A stretch of DNA of 64,000 bases, taken from the NCBI GenBank assembly GCA_964016885.1, contig OZ024741.1, positions 231,074,001 to 231,138,000 of the forward strand, read 5' to 3'. This document shows positions 29,750-41,938 of the stretch, piece by piece. A program made the translations under genes and the position numbers. This DNA is from Eledone cirrhosa (lineage: Eukaryota). The first letter of the stretch is position 1; each line of letters begins with the position of its first letter. The notes under the pieces were generated by a model. That model was not told the DNA's origin and made no database searches. It saw nothing but the letters and a program-made list of their open reading frames with translations.

Positions 29750-31224
29750 ATAAAACTGAGGATGTTTGTCTGTGTGTGTGTGAGTTTGAATCCCTAAAAC
29801 TCGAGAACCACCCAACCGACTGTTTTCAAACTTGACACATGTAATAATTATGTTGCAGGGAGTGTTCAGAGCAAAGATTTCACATTTTCATTGCCCTAGG
29901 GACCGCATTGGGCGATTTAGCGATCTCTCTCTATAATTCTTAGTCTTATCTTTTTAGATAGATACATACATATAACCTCGCGCCCTTATAATATCTGACA
30001 GTATGTCTGGCTGTCTGCATTACGTCACTCACCACAATTCCCTCTGCGTCCAGAACGCGCCCTTATAATATCTGTCTGTATGTCTAGCTGTCTGCTTCCT
30101 CCGGTTATTTTGCCACCCTTGCTCAAAACAAATCTCATACTCATTCCCCAAACAATTGGTAAGTGCACACAACTTCTTCCTCGCGTTTTAAGCCACAGTG
30201 TTGCTTTCTTACATAACACCAGACACTTACTTCTTTGATAGCCGTGGTTGTGGCAATACTAAACTTAGCTAAGGCGGTTATATATTTCACAATACCTTAT
30301 CCACTGCTAGTATATAAATAAAACTGAGGATGTATGTGTGTATGTGAGTTTGAATTCCTAAAACTAGAGAAGAACCCAACCGACTGTTTTTAAACATTAC
30401 ACATGTAATACTTATGTTTCAGGGAGTGTTTTCCGCAAACAAAATTTAAACTTTCCAATGTCCTAGTGACCGCATTAGGTGATTTAGCGATCTATCACTA
30501 TAATTCTTAGTCTTTATTTTTTTTAGATAGATACATACATATAACATCGCGCCCTTAAAATATCTGTCTATATCTGTCTCTCTGCATTACGTCACTTCCC
30601 TGAGGATGTCTGTCTGTGTGTGTGTGTATATGTGTGTGTGTGAGTTTGAATCCTTAAAACTCGAGAAGTACCCAACCGATTCTTTTCAAACTTTACATGT
30701 GTATTACTTATGATTCAGGGAGTGTTATGCACATAAGAAATTCCACTTGTTCGTCTCTTAGCGCCCGCATTAGGTGAAACACTGCGTTTGTAAGCTTTTT
30801 AGGGTTTTTTGAGGCGTTACGTCAGACCGATTTCCTTGAAATTGTAACTATGTATTAGTCCGTCTCTTCTTAATACCCTGAGCAAAGAAAATCCAACTTG
30901 TTCATGGACTAGGGCCAGCATTAGGTGAAAAGCTTCATTTTTTCCGCTTTTCAGGGCTTTTTGGAGGCGTTACGTCTAGCCGATTTTCCCGAAATTTCAA
31001 GGCATATTATGCACATAAATACATTTATTTTCTTGAATCCCTAGGTGAAAACCTGCATTTTTCCTGCATCATCGAGGAAAATCTTAAAGATTATACAGCA
31101 GTCAGAGTATTCGGTATATTTTCTTTACATATTGTCCAGGCATGCAGTTTTTCCACGATTAGGTCTGTTGGCGGCCCGCGTTCCAAAATACCTTATCTCG
31201 TGCAACGCCGGGTACCACTGCTAG
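29750..31224 (+). mobile_element. Head-to-tail non-autonomous Helitron-like elements
   Basis: Three repeats of the head (aaaac)tgaggatgt...gagtttgaat (29752, 30320, 30600); ends ccactgCTAG|t at ~30310 and gcaacgccgggtaccactgCTAG|t at 31224. Confidence 0.6.
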
Positions 31225-31959
31225 TATGTATATATAATAGAAAAGGGAAGTAAGGCTTCTATACAAAACAGTGGATAACGAGAAAAGTTCTGATTTTCTT
31301 TTTTGAGTCATCAAAGTGACATTATGGAAAGATAACATTATTAAAACAGGAGAGCGACAATTCTTTTTAAAATTCATTTTTATTTTTTCATAATGTATAA
31401 AATATATATATATGGAGAGAGAGTGAGGGTGTATATACAACAAAGCACACACGTGTGTGTGTGTGTGTGTGTGTGTTTTCGGTTTGTCTGTCGCAGTCCC
31501 TTTAGCAATACACACGTGTGGGTACAGGTGTGGTGTTGTTGTGTGTGTTTGTGTGTGTCTTTTTCAGCCTGTCTGTCACAGATACCTTTGTGGAAGGAAA
31601 TTAAGAAAACTTTTTTTCTTCAAAATTCAGAAAATTGTCAAAAATTAAAAACTAAAATCGAAAGGATTGTCAGAATCCAAAAATTTTAAAACCCAAAAAC
31701 TTTTCTTTAAAAATTAAAAAAATTATGAAAAATCTTTAAAAAGATTCTTCCTTCCTTCTCAAAAAAACTTCTTTCACACATATATACTCACACACACACA
31801 CACACATATATATATACACATATATTTATCCACACACACACACATATAAAACAGTGCACATATGTGTGTGGGTGGAAAGGGGGTTGTGGTGTGTGTGTGT
31901 GTGTGGGGGGGGGGGGGGGGTCTAATGAGTGTGATTACATATTTTGTTAATAAATAGTT

Positions 31960-34080
31960 TTTCTTTATTTATTATTTGTTGTTGAGTGAAAGAATTGGAG
32001 CACTTGTAAAGGTGGAAGATTTTAATGTTGGTTAGAGTCATTCCTGCACAATCTGCAGTGTGGCTACTTGCGTCTGCCCTATATAATTATATCGACAACC
32101 ATAAACATGAGATTACGTAGATCAGGTTCTCCGATTTGCAACTGAAGTTGTTTTTCAATGTGAAAGTTTGGTCATCTTTAAACATGAATTTTTGTCCTTC
32201 AATTAAGTATAGGCATGTTCCACCGTTTGTTCTTTCGCATTTTGTTACCGTAAGGTTGGAGATAGGTTTCTGTATCTTTGTTCCAGTGAGAATGTGTTTT
32301 AGTGATTTTGGTTGCATTTTGCTTTTGATGATCTTGTGTGTTACTAGAATTTTTTTCATTTTTTCATCTTTGAATAGAATGGGGAGGTTTTTATGCAGGA
32401 GATCGAATATGTAGGTGTTACTGGGGTTGAACGTGGATACATATGGTAAGGTAATGTTTGTGGTTCTGTGCTTTTGGTTGTTGGGTTGATGAACATTGCG
32501 TGTTTTCCCTTGTCTATTCCGTTATTAATTATATCAAGTGAGAAGGCTCTTAATGTAAGTATGTTTTTGAGTTCATTTAGTCTTTGTTCCCGTTTAGCTG
32601 GGCCTGATACTATGGTGCATATACATGTAGCTAAGTTATAAGGAATGTTAAGTTTTGTATGTTTTGGGTGATTTGATGTGAATAGGAGATACTGTTTGGA
32701 GTCCGTGGGTTTGTAAAATATGTATGTTTTTATTTTCCGATCTGTTTTTAGAATGAGAATATCCAAGAAGGCTAATTCCTTGGAGTTAGATTCCATTGTG
32801 AATTGTATATTATTGTTAATGTTGTTAATCATATTTTTGAAAAGAGTGAGTGTATTTATGTCTTCCTGCCATAGAATGAAGCAATCGTCTAGGTATCTCT
32901 TCCAGTTGTATTTGAGATGTGTAAGGGAAGAGTCTCCGAATAATAGAAGGGATTGGTTACAGATTTGTTATTCGTGAATCCCAAGACTAAGTTGGCGTAT
33001 GTGAGGGCTACATTTGTGCCCATTGCAGCTCCTGAAATTTGTCGGTATGTTGAGTCATTGGAGTAAATAAATTATTCTGTAAGATAAACCAGAATCCATC
33101 AATAATGAAGTTTTTTGTTGATGCGTGTTGGTATTTCTGATTGGTGAGTGTCTAGCCAAAACTGGATTGCTGTTATTCCATAGTTATGGGGTATGTTAGT
33201 GTAGAGATTTACTACGTCAAAGGAGACTAGAATAGTGTTTTCACTTACTGTTTTGGGTAGGTGGTTCAGCATATCCAGGTCATCCCGTATGTAACTCTGT
33301 ATATGTTTTAGTAGGGCTTTAGCAAGATGTCCAGGAAGTTGCTATGTCTGTGGGTTTCACATGCAGGGCCTGCTATAATTGGTCTGAGTTTTAAGTCTTT
33401 TATGGTGTTAATTGTATGTATTTGTTAGTTGAAGTGTCGCATGCATTGCTTATGAGTTTACATTTATGTATCTTCGGTAAGCCGTAGAAAGCACTTGTAT
33501 TAAATTTGAAATGGCTTATATATTCAAATTATTTTGTGGTTAGGCTACCGCGGTATTTTTTCAGTAATGCTAGGAGGTTCCCCATTGTTTTAGTTTGTTT
33601 CTAATTTGCTATGTTTTCGTAGTGTATGTTGTCGTCTAAGATGTTGAGTGCTAGGTGTCTATAGTAGACCATAATGACCACAGTTCTCCCTTTATCAGCT
33701 GCTTTGATGGTTATTTCAGTGTTGTTTTCGCAGTGTGAATAATTCTTTCCATTCGTGTTTGGAGAGGTTCGATTTCGTGTGTTTATTTGTGATTTTTTTC
33801 ATAGGGAAAGTTGATGGTGCGTTCGCAGTAGGTGTCCAGTGCTGTAATCCTCCCTTTCTGTGGGCAGAAATCACTTTTGTTTCGGACTATTGATTCATCT
33901 TCAGTGTTGGTGTCATTGGAGAAGTATTCTATTAGTCTGAGTTTTCGGCAGAAAACCATGATGTCATCTTTCATTTCGGGGAAGTTAGATTTTTGTGGTG
34001 TGGGAGTAAATTTCAGTCCCTTACTTAATATGTTAATGTGTGTGTTAGTTAGTGATATCTTTGAAAGGTTAATCATCTTC
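31960..34080 (-). mobile_element. Degenerate Penelope-like element
   Basis: MINLS...LSKGLKFTPTP, ADKG, FYGLPKIHK, SFDVVNLYTNIP, RYLDDCF, IQFTME...AFLDI, YKPTD, NLIYVISC. Confidence 0.9.
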
Positions 34081-34149
34081 AGCTTCTCACCCCCCCCCTC
34101 TCTCTCGCTTTCTCTCTCTCTCTCTTATTATAGTTGCATTTATCTTGCT

Positions 34150-35490
34150 TTATGTTCATACGAGTTATCACCAAGTCACAACCAGTGACCTCAAGAGACA
34201 ACAAGGTCCACCATGTTCAATAAAGAACATACATGCTCACACATGCATCTTTAGGTGTTTAGACTTGTGATGTACTTATATTGACAGAATCTTCTTTAGT
34301 ATATGGGCAGTTCCTATTAGTACTATCTTTTGTATATCTCCTATACGCGGGTTTCCTGGGATTTGCGATAAGTAATTATTAGACCCCTTAGGTATCATTC
34401 CTAGAGCGCCTACAACCACTGGTCTTGTTTTAGTTCTCAATTTTCACATTTGTCCAATTTCTAACTCCAAGTCCTTATATTTGCTCAATTTTTCAAATGT
34501 TTTTATAGATACATTCTTGTCTATTGGAACGGACATATCAATTAGCAGGCATACCCTCTTTTTAAAGTCCTTCAGTATTATATCAGGTCTTCTTGCATCT
34601 ATTTTTCGGTCTGTTTGGATGCTAAAGATTGAGATGTGATCTTTTTCAAGTACGTTAGTTGGTTCATGCTCCCACCAATTCTTTTGATGGGGCAGGTCAA
34701 AATGCTTACGCATTACCTCACTGTATGTATTGTGCAGCTCTGTCATGCCTGTTTAGGTATTCGGTTGGAGCTATAGGACTGCACATTGAAATTATATGAT
34801 CAATGGTTTCTGGTTGTTTTTAACACCACGGCATAATGGATTGCATCCATTTTTTATTATGTTGGCTCGGTAATTTTTTGTTGGCAGACACTGATCTTTT
34901 GCTGATATAATCAGTCCTTAAGTCTCCGATTTCAGTCCAGAGGATGCCAACCACTGATGGATTAAAGTTTTGTCAACATCAAGATTGTTAGCTCTTTCTG
35001 GGTATTTTCCAGACAGATTTTTGTTATGCCATTTCTTAGCTAGTTTCTGTAGCAGTTCTTTCTTTGCAGTTACTTTTACCTGCTTTGCTTTTTCTGTGTT
35101 TTCCATTTCAGCAGTAAATGGGACTTCTGAAATTTATAGTCCATTACTGTATGTTTGTGCATCTTTTGTAATGGTGTATGATATTTTGGTGCTTTCGTGT
35201 TTCAAAACGAGTTTGATCATCCAATCATGTGATTCCCTTAGATATGTAGATAATCCAATTGTTGCAGTTTTCAACGCAATATCTAACTGGATTAACCCAC
35301 GCCCTCCTTCTTTGCTAGGGAGATATATTCTATCTGTATCTGTCTTAGGGTGATGGATTCTGTGCATGGTTAAGAATTTTCTAATTTTTGTATCGAGCCT
35401 ACGGATCTCTGTGCTTGACCAGTTGATGACATTATAACTGTAGGTTACTACTGGTATGGCAAGCGTGTTTATGGCATCGACCCTATTACT
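34150..35490 (-). mobile_element. 5'-truncated R4/Dong-like non-LTR retrotransposon (RLE)
   Basis: RIYLPSKEGGRGL, zinc-knuckle remnant, RRPDIILKD...LIDMSVP...KLSKYKDL. Confidence 0.85.
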
Positions 35491-35631
35491 TACATGCGAT
35501 GCCTTTCATCCTTACGGCGTAGATAAAATAAAGTACCAATAATGCACTGGTTAATTGCTGGCCTTGTGCCTAAAGTAGAAACAATTATTATTATTAGTAG
35601 TAGTATTAGTAGTAGTAGCAGCATCAGCAGC

Positions 35632-35672
<41 letters not shown>

Positions 35673-35681
35673 CAGTAGCAT

Positions 35682-35732
<51 letters not shown>

Positions 35733-38406
35733 AAGTTCATCTAGAGACAATGATGTTCCAGCACTACTGAGGGAAGAATTATAGTAGCAGCGTGTTCATT
35801 AAGTGTGATTTCGGTCGCAGGGAATATGGAGATTCTTAGATATATACTTTTTTTACATTAGATTTAGTAATCGATCTTCGGTTGTTAGAGTGTTTCTTAA
35901 AATAGTTAAGGTTAACATTTGTTGTATGGAAGGGTTTTAAAAGAACGGAATTTTGTCCTAAACTTATGTCAAGGAAATTTAAGACATTATAATTGTGTTC
36001 AAAATATATGTGTAGTAACATGCGTTAAAGAATGATTTAATTGCTATTATTCTACGTTAGAGCTGTTGCCCGTTGAAGTTATTTATTACTAGTAGATGCT
36101 CGAGTCTTTAAATTCCACAGTGAATTCACAGAGTCGATGCTACCCTATAATTCAGAATAAGACTAAGATTGAAACTGTGCATGTGGGTGTGTTCATCTGC
36201 CATGGCCTAGCAAGCTAGCATGGCGAGAGTGAGTAACTCGCGTCCTAGCTTTTGCATCAGGGTCTTTCCTCAAGTCTTAAACTGCTGAATTCTCCTCGAA
36301 GGTACGGGGGTAGTTGTCCAGTTAGGAGAATGTCTGATGGATGCTACAATACATATTCCTAGATACAGGTTCTTGGCACATCGAACCTCTCCATATTTCC
36401 CAGGCACTAAGGCAGCTTAACCCATAGATGGGACACTAGCAGTTACTTTCAAAGCAGACCAAAGCGGACATGAGGGAAATCGTGTCTCAAGGTAATTCTA
36501 CATGTGAATGGGGTTTCACTGAATCAGTTTGAGAAAACCAATAATCTCAGGCAAAATTTGCAGGAGCCGGGCAGTAATAAGCCAGCTTCAGCATTTAATA
36601 ATCAGAACAGCACTCATCTGCCCACTTCCATCTGAGTCAAATGACTCATATACAAAAGCCTCTTATCAAAATGAGAAATGAGGTCATCCGCAATAACCAA
36701 AGAATCAAAATATCATCCAATGCTAATCCAAGACACACACAAATACACGCTCCAAGAATCAGAGAAACCACTCCCACAACAAATACAAGCATAAAATCTA
36801 TAACACCAAACTCACCGATAACACAACCGCCAACAAAGCCACCGCAATTACCAACAGCCTCCTCAGCACCACTAGCAAAATAAAAACACACAACAAACAA
36901 CCACACTGACGATTTCCCACATTAATATGTATTTATTATATGTATTATATGCGAAACAGGGCAACATTTCTTAGCATAAAGCCCCTATCTAAATACAGAT
37001 TTGTAATTCTTATTTAATAAAACAATCATGAGAAATATCTTTGCGATTTTTTGGGGATATGTTTAATCATGGAAGATGTTTGAGATTAAAACCTATAGTT
37101 GTCCATACGATAAACTCTCTATAGAATGTTAACATTGAATAATATTGATTGAGGAAAATACTTTACATGTAGAAGTTCACTTCCTGTTCAGATATAATCA
37201 ACAACCAAATGCAGAATATTAATATGTTTTAGTACGCCAAGCGATATGTTGTTAAACACACTATAAGGCTACAGAAAGGAAGTAAATATGTTTGTATAAC
37301 GTAAACCCACCAACCCATTAATTATTTCAATATTACTTAATATATCCATATCTGAAACATAAAAACACATTTCACTACTGAAAGAGACTTCTGACAGATC
37401 AACATAATTTCCTCGGACTCTTCCAGATTACCCAAATATATTGATGGTTATATTCAGACAAGAATAACATAAGAAGTATGAAGTAAACTTAATATGTATT
37501 AAGGTAATAGGTTGTAATGACGCAGCAAGCAAGAACCTTTATAGAAATAGCAGTATTTCTTTCTTCAATTGGCAGCCCCATTGTATAAAGGGTGGAGGCG
37601 TATATTGCATAATCTTTTCTTATATAAACTTTATTTGATCAGTCTTAACTGGCTACTAAATAACATCAATCGTCAACTACAACACCATCCTTAAAAATAC
37701 AAGCACCTAACAAGAAGAGATGAACAGATAGATATAACAACCAAATCAATCGAATGTTCACCGATGGAATGATTTCTTCATTTGCCTTCCCTGTATGGGT
37801 TGATCTGTGACTAAACATCAAAAATCACAGGCCAAAATGATGCATGATTTCAAATGAACAATGATATATGCAGCGGAAAGAAAATTTATTTCATCCAAAA
37901 TCTCACGATGCACTCCTTTGCTATTGCCCGCGTTAAAACAGACTTGACAACGGTAAATATACCACATGACACGATTACTACACTGTTATTCATACACAAC
38001 ATATACCTGCGGAGAGGTACCCACTAAGTGCATATATATAATATCAGAAGCAATATAAGGTAAAGGTTTATAGTATTTAGTCTTATGTTCCCCGACTGAT
38101 GAAAGTTCATTTTCATACAAATTAAGAGCTTTCGGGCTCTAATTAGTTTTTTTTTTTTGGGGGGGGGGTGATGCTTCGATGCAGCATGATTGATACGTTA
38201 ATGCTATTTTATATTGAATCATATACGAAATGGTTTTGTAAGGAAACATGGATTTCAGAAATGGTACTCTCACCGACTTTCTACCGATGAACATTCTATA
38301 TATGATTCAACATACAGTACTACTCATGCAATAATGAAAATGTTTGGTATTTTTACAGTTAACATCTTTTTAGAGCGTGAATTATGAACATTATTATTCC
38401 TTTCAG

Positions 38407-38541
38407 AATGCAGCGTGGGAACCTATGGCAACGAATGTAAAACGAAATGTAATTGTCTAAATAATGACGTCTGCAACGGAGCCACTGGTGTATGCCCAAA
38501 TGGATGCCCAAATGGCTACACATCACCCACCTGTCAAGAAA
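38407..38541 (+). CDS. EGF-like exon (divergent first member of cluster)
   Basis: tttcag|AA acceptor, weak A|gtttta donor, 135 nt; (E)CSVGTYGNECKTKCNCLNNDVCNGATGVCPNGCPNGYTSPTCQE. Confidence 0.8.
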
Positions 38542-38689
38542 GTTTTAACATTTAGTATCTATTTGGCATGACAGTGCAATATAAAATATGTCCTTCATAG
38601 TTATAAATACTAAATTGAGAGAAAATAAAATGTAATAATATTTTCGGTAGTAAACATTTGAAAGAAAGTGATTATAAATATGATTTCTA

Positions 38690-38870
38690 GTTCAGGCACA
38701 AGGCCAGTAATTTGGTAGGAGGGGAACGTCGATTAAATCTACCACAGTACGGGTCTGGTGTTTTATTTTATCGTTCCCGTAAGGATGAAAAGCAAAGGTA
38801 ACCTCGGTGGTATTTGAACTCAGACCGTAAACGACTGTAACTTTATGCTGCAAAGCATGGTTTCCGACTT
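38690..38870 (-). mobile_element. tRNA-derived SINE, antisense, between the first two cluster exons
   Basis: Reverse complement of SINE body: tttattttatcg...cgtaaggatgaaaagcaaag...atttgaactcaga. Confidence 0.7.
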
Positions 38871-38965
38871 CTCCTGATGAGCATTTTGTAAATGATTCAA
38901 CTTACAACACTAGTCATGCAATAATTAAAATGTTTGGTATCTGAATTATGACCATTCTTTTTCAG

Positions 38966-39100
38966 AATGCAGCCCGGGAACCTATGGCAACAATTGTACA
39001 ATGAAATGTAATTGTCTAAATAAAGACGTCTGCGACCATGTCACTGGAGTATGCCCAAATGGATGCCCACTTGGCTATATACCAGACACTTGTCAAGAAG
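38966..39100 (+). CDS. EGF-like exon, array unit 1 (NNCTMK type)
   Basis: ttcag|AA...AAG|gttagt; (E)CSPGTYGNNCTMKCNCLNKDVCDHVTGVCPNGCPLGYIPDTCQE. Confidence 0.82.
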
Positions 39101-39223
39101 GTTAGTAACATTTAGTGTGTATTTGGCATGACTGTGCGTTCATAATAAAATGCAATAATTAAAATGTTTGGTATCTTTACATTTGATCTTTTTACATCGT
39201 GAATTATGACCATTCTTTTTCAG

Positions 39224-39358
39224 AATGCATCCCGGGAACCTATGGAAACCAATGTAAAACGAAATGTAATTGTCTAAATAAAGACGTCTGCGACCATGTC
39301 ACTGGAGTATGCCCAAATGGATGCCCACTTGGCTATATACCAGACACTTGTCAAGAAG
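39224..39358 (+). CDS. EGF-like exon, array unit 2 (CIPG...NQCKTK type)
   Basis: cag|AA...AAG|gttggt, 135 nt, open frame, 8 Cys. Confidence 0.8.
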
Positions 39359-39481
39359 GTTGGTAACATTTAGTGTCCATTTGGCATGACAGTGCGTTTA
39401 TAATAAAATGCAATAATTAAAATGTTTGGTATCTTTACATTTAATCTTTTTACATCGTGAATTATGACCTTTGTTTTTCAG

Positions 39482-39616
39482 AATGCAGCCCGGGAACCTA
39501 TGGCAACAATTGTACAATGAAATGTAATTGTCTAAATAAAGACGTCTGCGACCATGTCACTGGAGTATGCCCAAATGGATGCCCACTTGGCTATATACCA
39601 GACACTTGTCAAGAAG
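39482..39616 (+). CDS. EGF-like exon, array unit 3 (NNCTMK type)
   Basis: AG/GT bounded, 135 nt, open frame, 8 Cys. Confidence 0.78.
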
Positions 39617-39739
39617 GTTGGTAACATTTAGTGTCCATTTGGCATGACAGTGCGTTTATAATAAAATGCAATAATTAAAATGTTTGGTATCTTTACATTT
39701 AATCTTTTTACATCGTGAATTATGACCTTTGTTTTTCAG

Positions 39740-39874
39740 AATGCAGCCCGGGAACCTATGGCAACAATTGTACAATGAAATGTAATTGTCTAAATAAAGA
39801 CGTCTGCGACCATGTCACTGGAGTATGCCCAAATGGATGCCCACTTGGCTATATACCAGACACTTGTCAAGAAG
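39740..39874 (+). CDS. EGF-like exon, array unit 4
   Basis: Appears identical to unit 3. Confidence 0.78.
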
Positions 39875-39997
39875 GTTGGTAACATTTAGTGTCCATTTGG
39901 CATGACAGTGCGTTTATAATAAAATGCAATAATTAAAATGTTTGGTATCTTTACATTTAATCTTTTTACATCGTGAATTATGACCTTTGTTTTTCAG

Positions 39998-40132
39998 AAT
40001 GCAGCCCGGGAACCTATGGCAACAATTGTACAATGAAATGTAATTGTCTAAATAAAGACGTCTGCGACCATGTCACTGGAGTATGCCCAAATGGATGCCC
40101 ACTTGGCTATATACCAGACACTTGTCAAGAAG
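39998..40132 (+). CDS. EGF-like exon, array unit 5
   Basis: Appears identical to unit 3. Confidence 0.78.
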
Positions 40133-40255
40133 GTTGGTAACATTTAGTGTCCATTTGGCATGACAGTGCGTTTATAATAAAATGCAATAATTAAAATGTT
40201 TGGTATCTTTACATTTAATCTTTTTACATCGTGAATTATGACCTTTGTTTTTCAG

Positions 40256-40390
40256 AATGCAGCCCGGGAACCTATGGCAACAATTGTACAATGAAATGTA
40301 ATTGTCTAAATAAAGACGTCTGCGACCATGTCACTGGAGTATGCCCAAATGGATGCCCACTTGGCTATATACCAGACACTTGTCAAGAAG
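40256..40390 (+). CDS. EGF-like exon, array unit 6
   Basis: Appears identical to unit 3. Confidence 0.78.
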
Positions 40391-40513
40391 GTTGGTAACA
40401 TTTAGTGTCCATTTGGCATGACAGTGCGTTTATAATAAAATGCAATAATTAAAATGTTTGGTATCTTTACATTTAATCTTTTTACATCGTGAATTATGAC
40501 CTTTGTTTTTCAG

Positions 40514-40648
40514 AATGCAGCCCGGGAACCTATGGCAACAATTGTACAATGAAATGTAATTGTCTAAATAAAGACGTCTGCGACCATGTCACTGGAGTAT
40601 GCCCAAATGGATGCCCACTTGGCTATATACCAGACACTTGTCAAGAAG
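40514..40648 (+). CDS. EGF-like exon, array unit 7
   Basis: Appears identical to unit 3. Confidence 0.78.
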
Positions 40649-40771
40649 GTTGGTAACATTTAGTGTCCATTTGGCATGACAGTGCGTTTATAATAAAATG
40701 CAATAATTAAAATGTTTGGTATCTTTACATTTAATCTTTTTACATCGTGAATTATGACCTTTGTTTTTCAG

Positions 40772-40906
40772 AATGCAGCCCGGGAACCTATGGCAACAAT
40801 TGTACAATGAAATGTAATTGTCTAAATAAAGACGTCTGCGACCATGTCACTGGAGTATGCCCAAATGGATGCCCACTTGGCTATATACCAGACACTTGTC
40901 AAGAAG
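40772..40906 (+). CDS. EGF-like exon, array unit 8
   Basis: Appears identical to unit 3. Confidence 0.78.
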
Positions 40907-41029
40907 GTTGGTAACATTTAGTGTCCATTTGGCATGACAGTGCGTTTATAATAAAATGCAATAATTAAAATGTTTGGTATCTTTACATTTAATCTTTTTA
41001 CATCGTGAATTATGACCTTTGTTTTTCAG

Positions 41030-41164
41030 AATGCAGCCCGGGAACCTATGGAAACCAATGTAAAACGAAATGTAATTGTCTAAATAAAGACGTCTGCGAC
41101 CATGTCACTGGAGTATGCCCAAATGGATGCCCACTTGGCTATATACCAGACACTTGTCAAGAAG
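41030..41164 (+). CDS. EGF-like exon, array unit 9 (NQCKTK type)
   Basis: 135 nt, donor G|gttagt. Confidence 0.78.
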
Positions 41165-41287
41165 GTTAGTAACATTTAGTGTGTATTTGGCATGACTGTG
41201 CGTTCATAATAAAATGCAATAATTAAAATGTTTGGTATCTTTACATTTGATCTTTTTACATCGTGAATTATGACCATTCTTTTTCAG

Positions 41288-41422
41288 AATGCAGCCCGGG
41301 AACCTATGGCAACAATTGTACAATGAAATGTAATTGTCTAAATAAAGACGTCTGCGACCATGTCACTGGAGTATGCCCAAATGGATGCCCACTTGGCTAT
41401 ATACCAGACACTTGTCAAGAAG
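41288..41422 (+). CDS. EGF-like exon, array unit 10 (NNCTMK type)
   Basis: 135 nt, donor G|gttggt. Confidence 0.78.
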
Positions 41423-41545
41423 GTTGGTAACATTTAGTGTCCATTTGGCATGACAGTGCGTTTATAATAAAATGCAATAATTAAAATGTTTGGTATCTTT
41501 ACATTTAATCTTTTTACATCGCGAATTATGACCTTTGTTTTTCAG

Positions 41546-41680
41546 AATGCAGCCCGGGAACCTATGGAAACCAATGTAAAACGAAATGTAATTGTCTAAA
41601 TAAAGACGTCTGCGACCATGTCACTGGAGTATGCCCAAATGGATGCCCACTTGGCTATATACCAGACACTTGTCAAGAAG
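41546..41680 (+). CDS. EGF-like exon, array unit 11 (NQCKTK type)
   Basis: 135 nt, donor G|gttagt. Confidence 0.78.
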
Positions 41681-41803
41681 GTTAGTAACATTTAGTGTGT
41701 ATTTGGCATGACTGTGCGTTCATAATAAAATGCAATAATTAAAATGTTTGGTATCTTTACATTTGATCTTTTTACATCGTGAATTATGACCATTCTTTTT
41801 CAG

Positions 41804-41938
41804 AATGCAGCCCGGGAACCTATGGCAACAATTGTACAATGAAATGTAATTGTCTAAATGAAGACGTCTGCGACCGAGTCACTGGAGTATGCCCAAATGG
41901 ATGCCCAATTGGCTATATATCAGACACTTGTCAAGAAA
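41804..41938 (+). CDS. EGF-like exon, array unit 12 (terminal, divergent)
   Basis: (E)CSPGTYGNNCTMKCNCLNEDVCDRVTGVCPNGCPIGYISDTCQE, donor A|gttagt. Confidence 0.8.

Noticed and set aside
35490-35784. Poly-Leu and poly-Ser ORFs
   Set aside because: They come from a (TAG)n microsatellite following a SINE tail.
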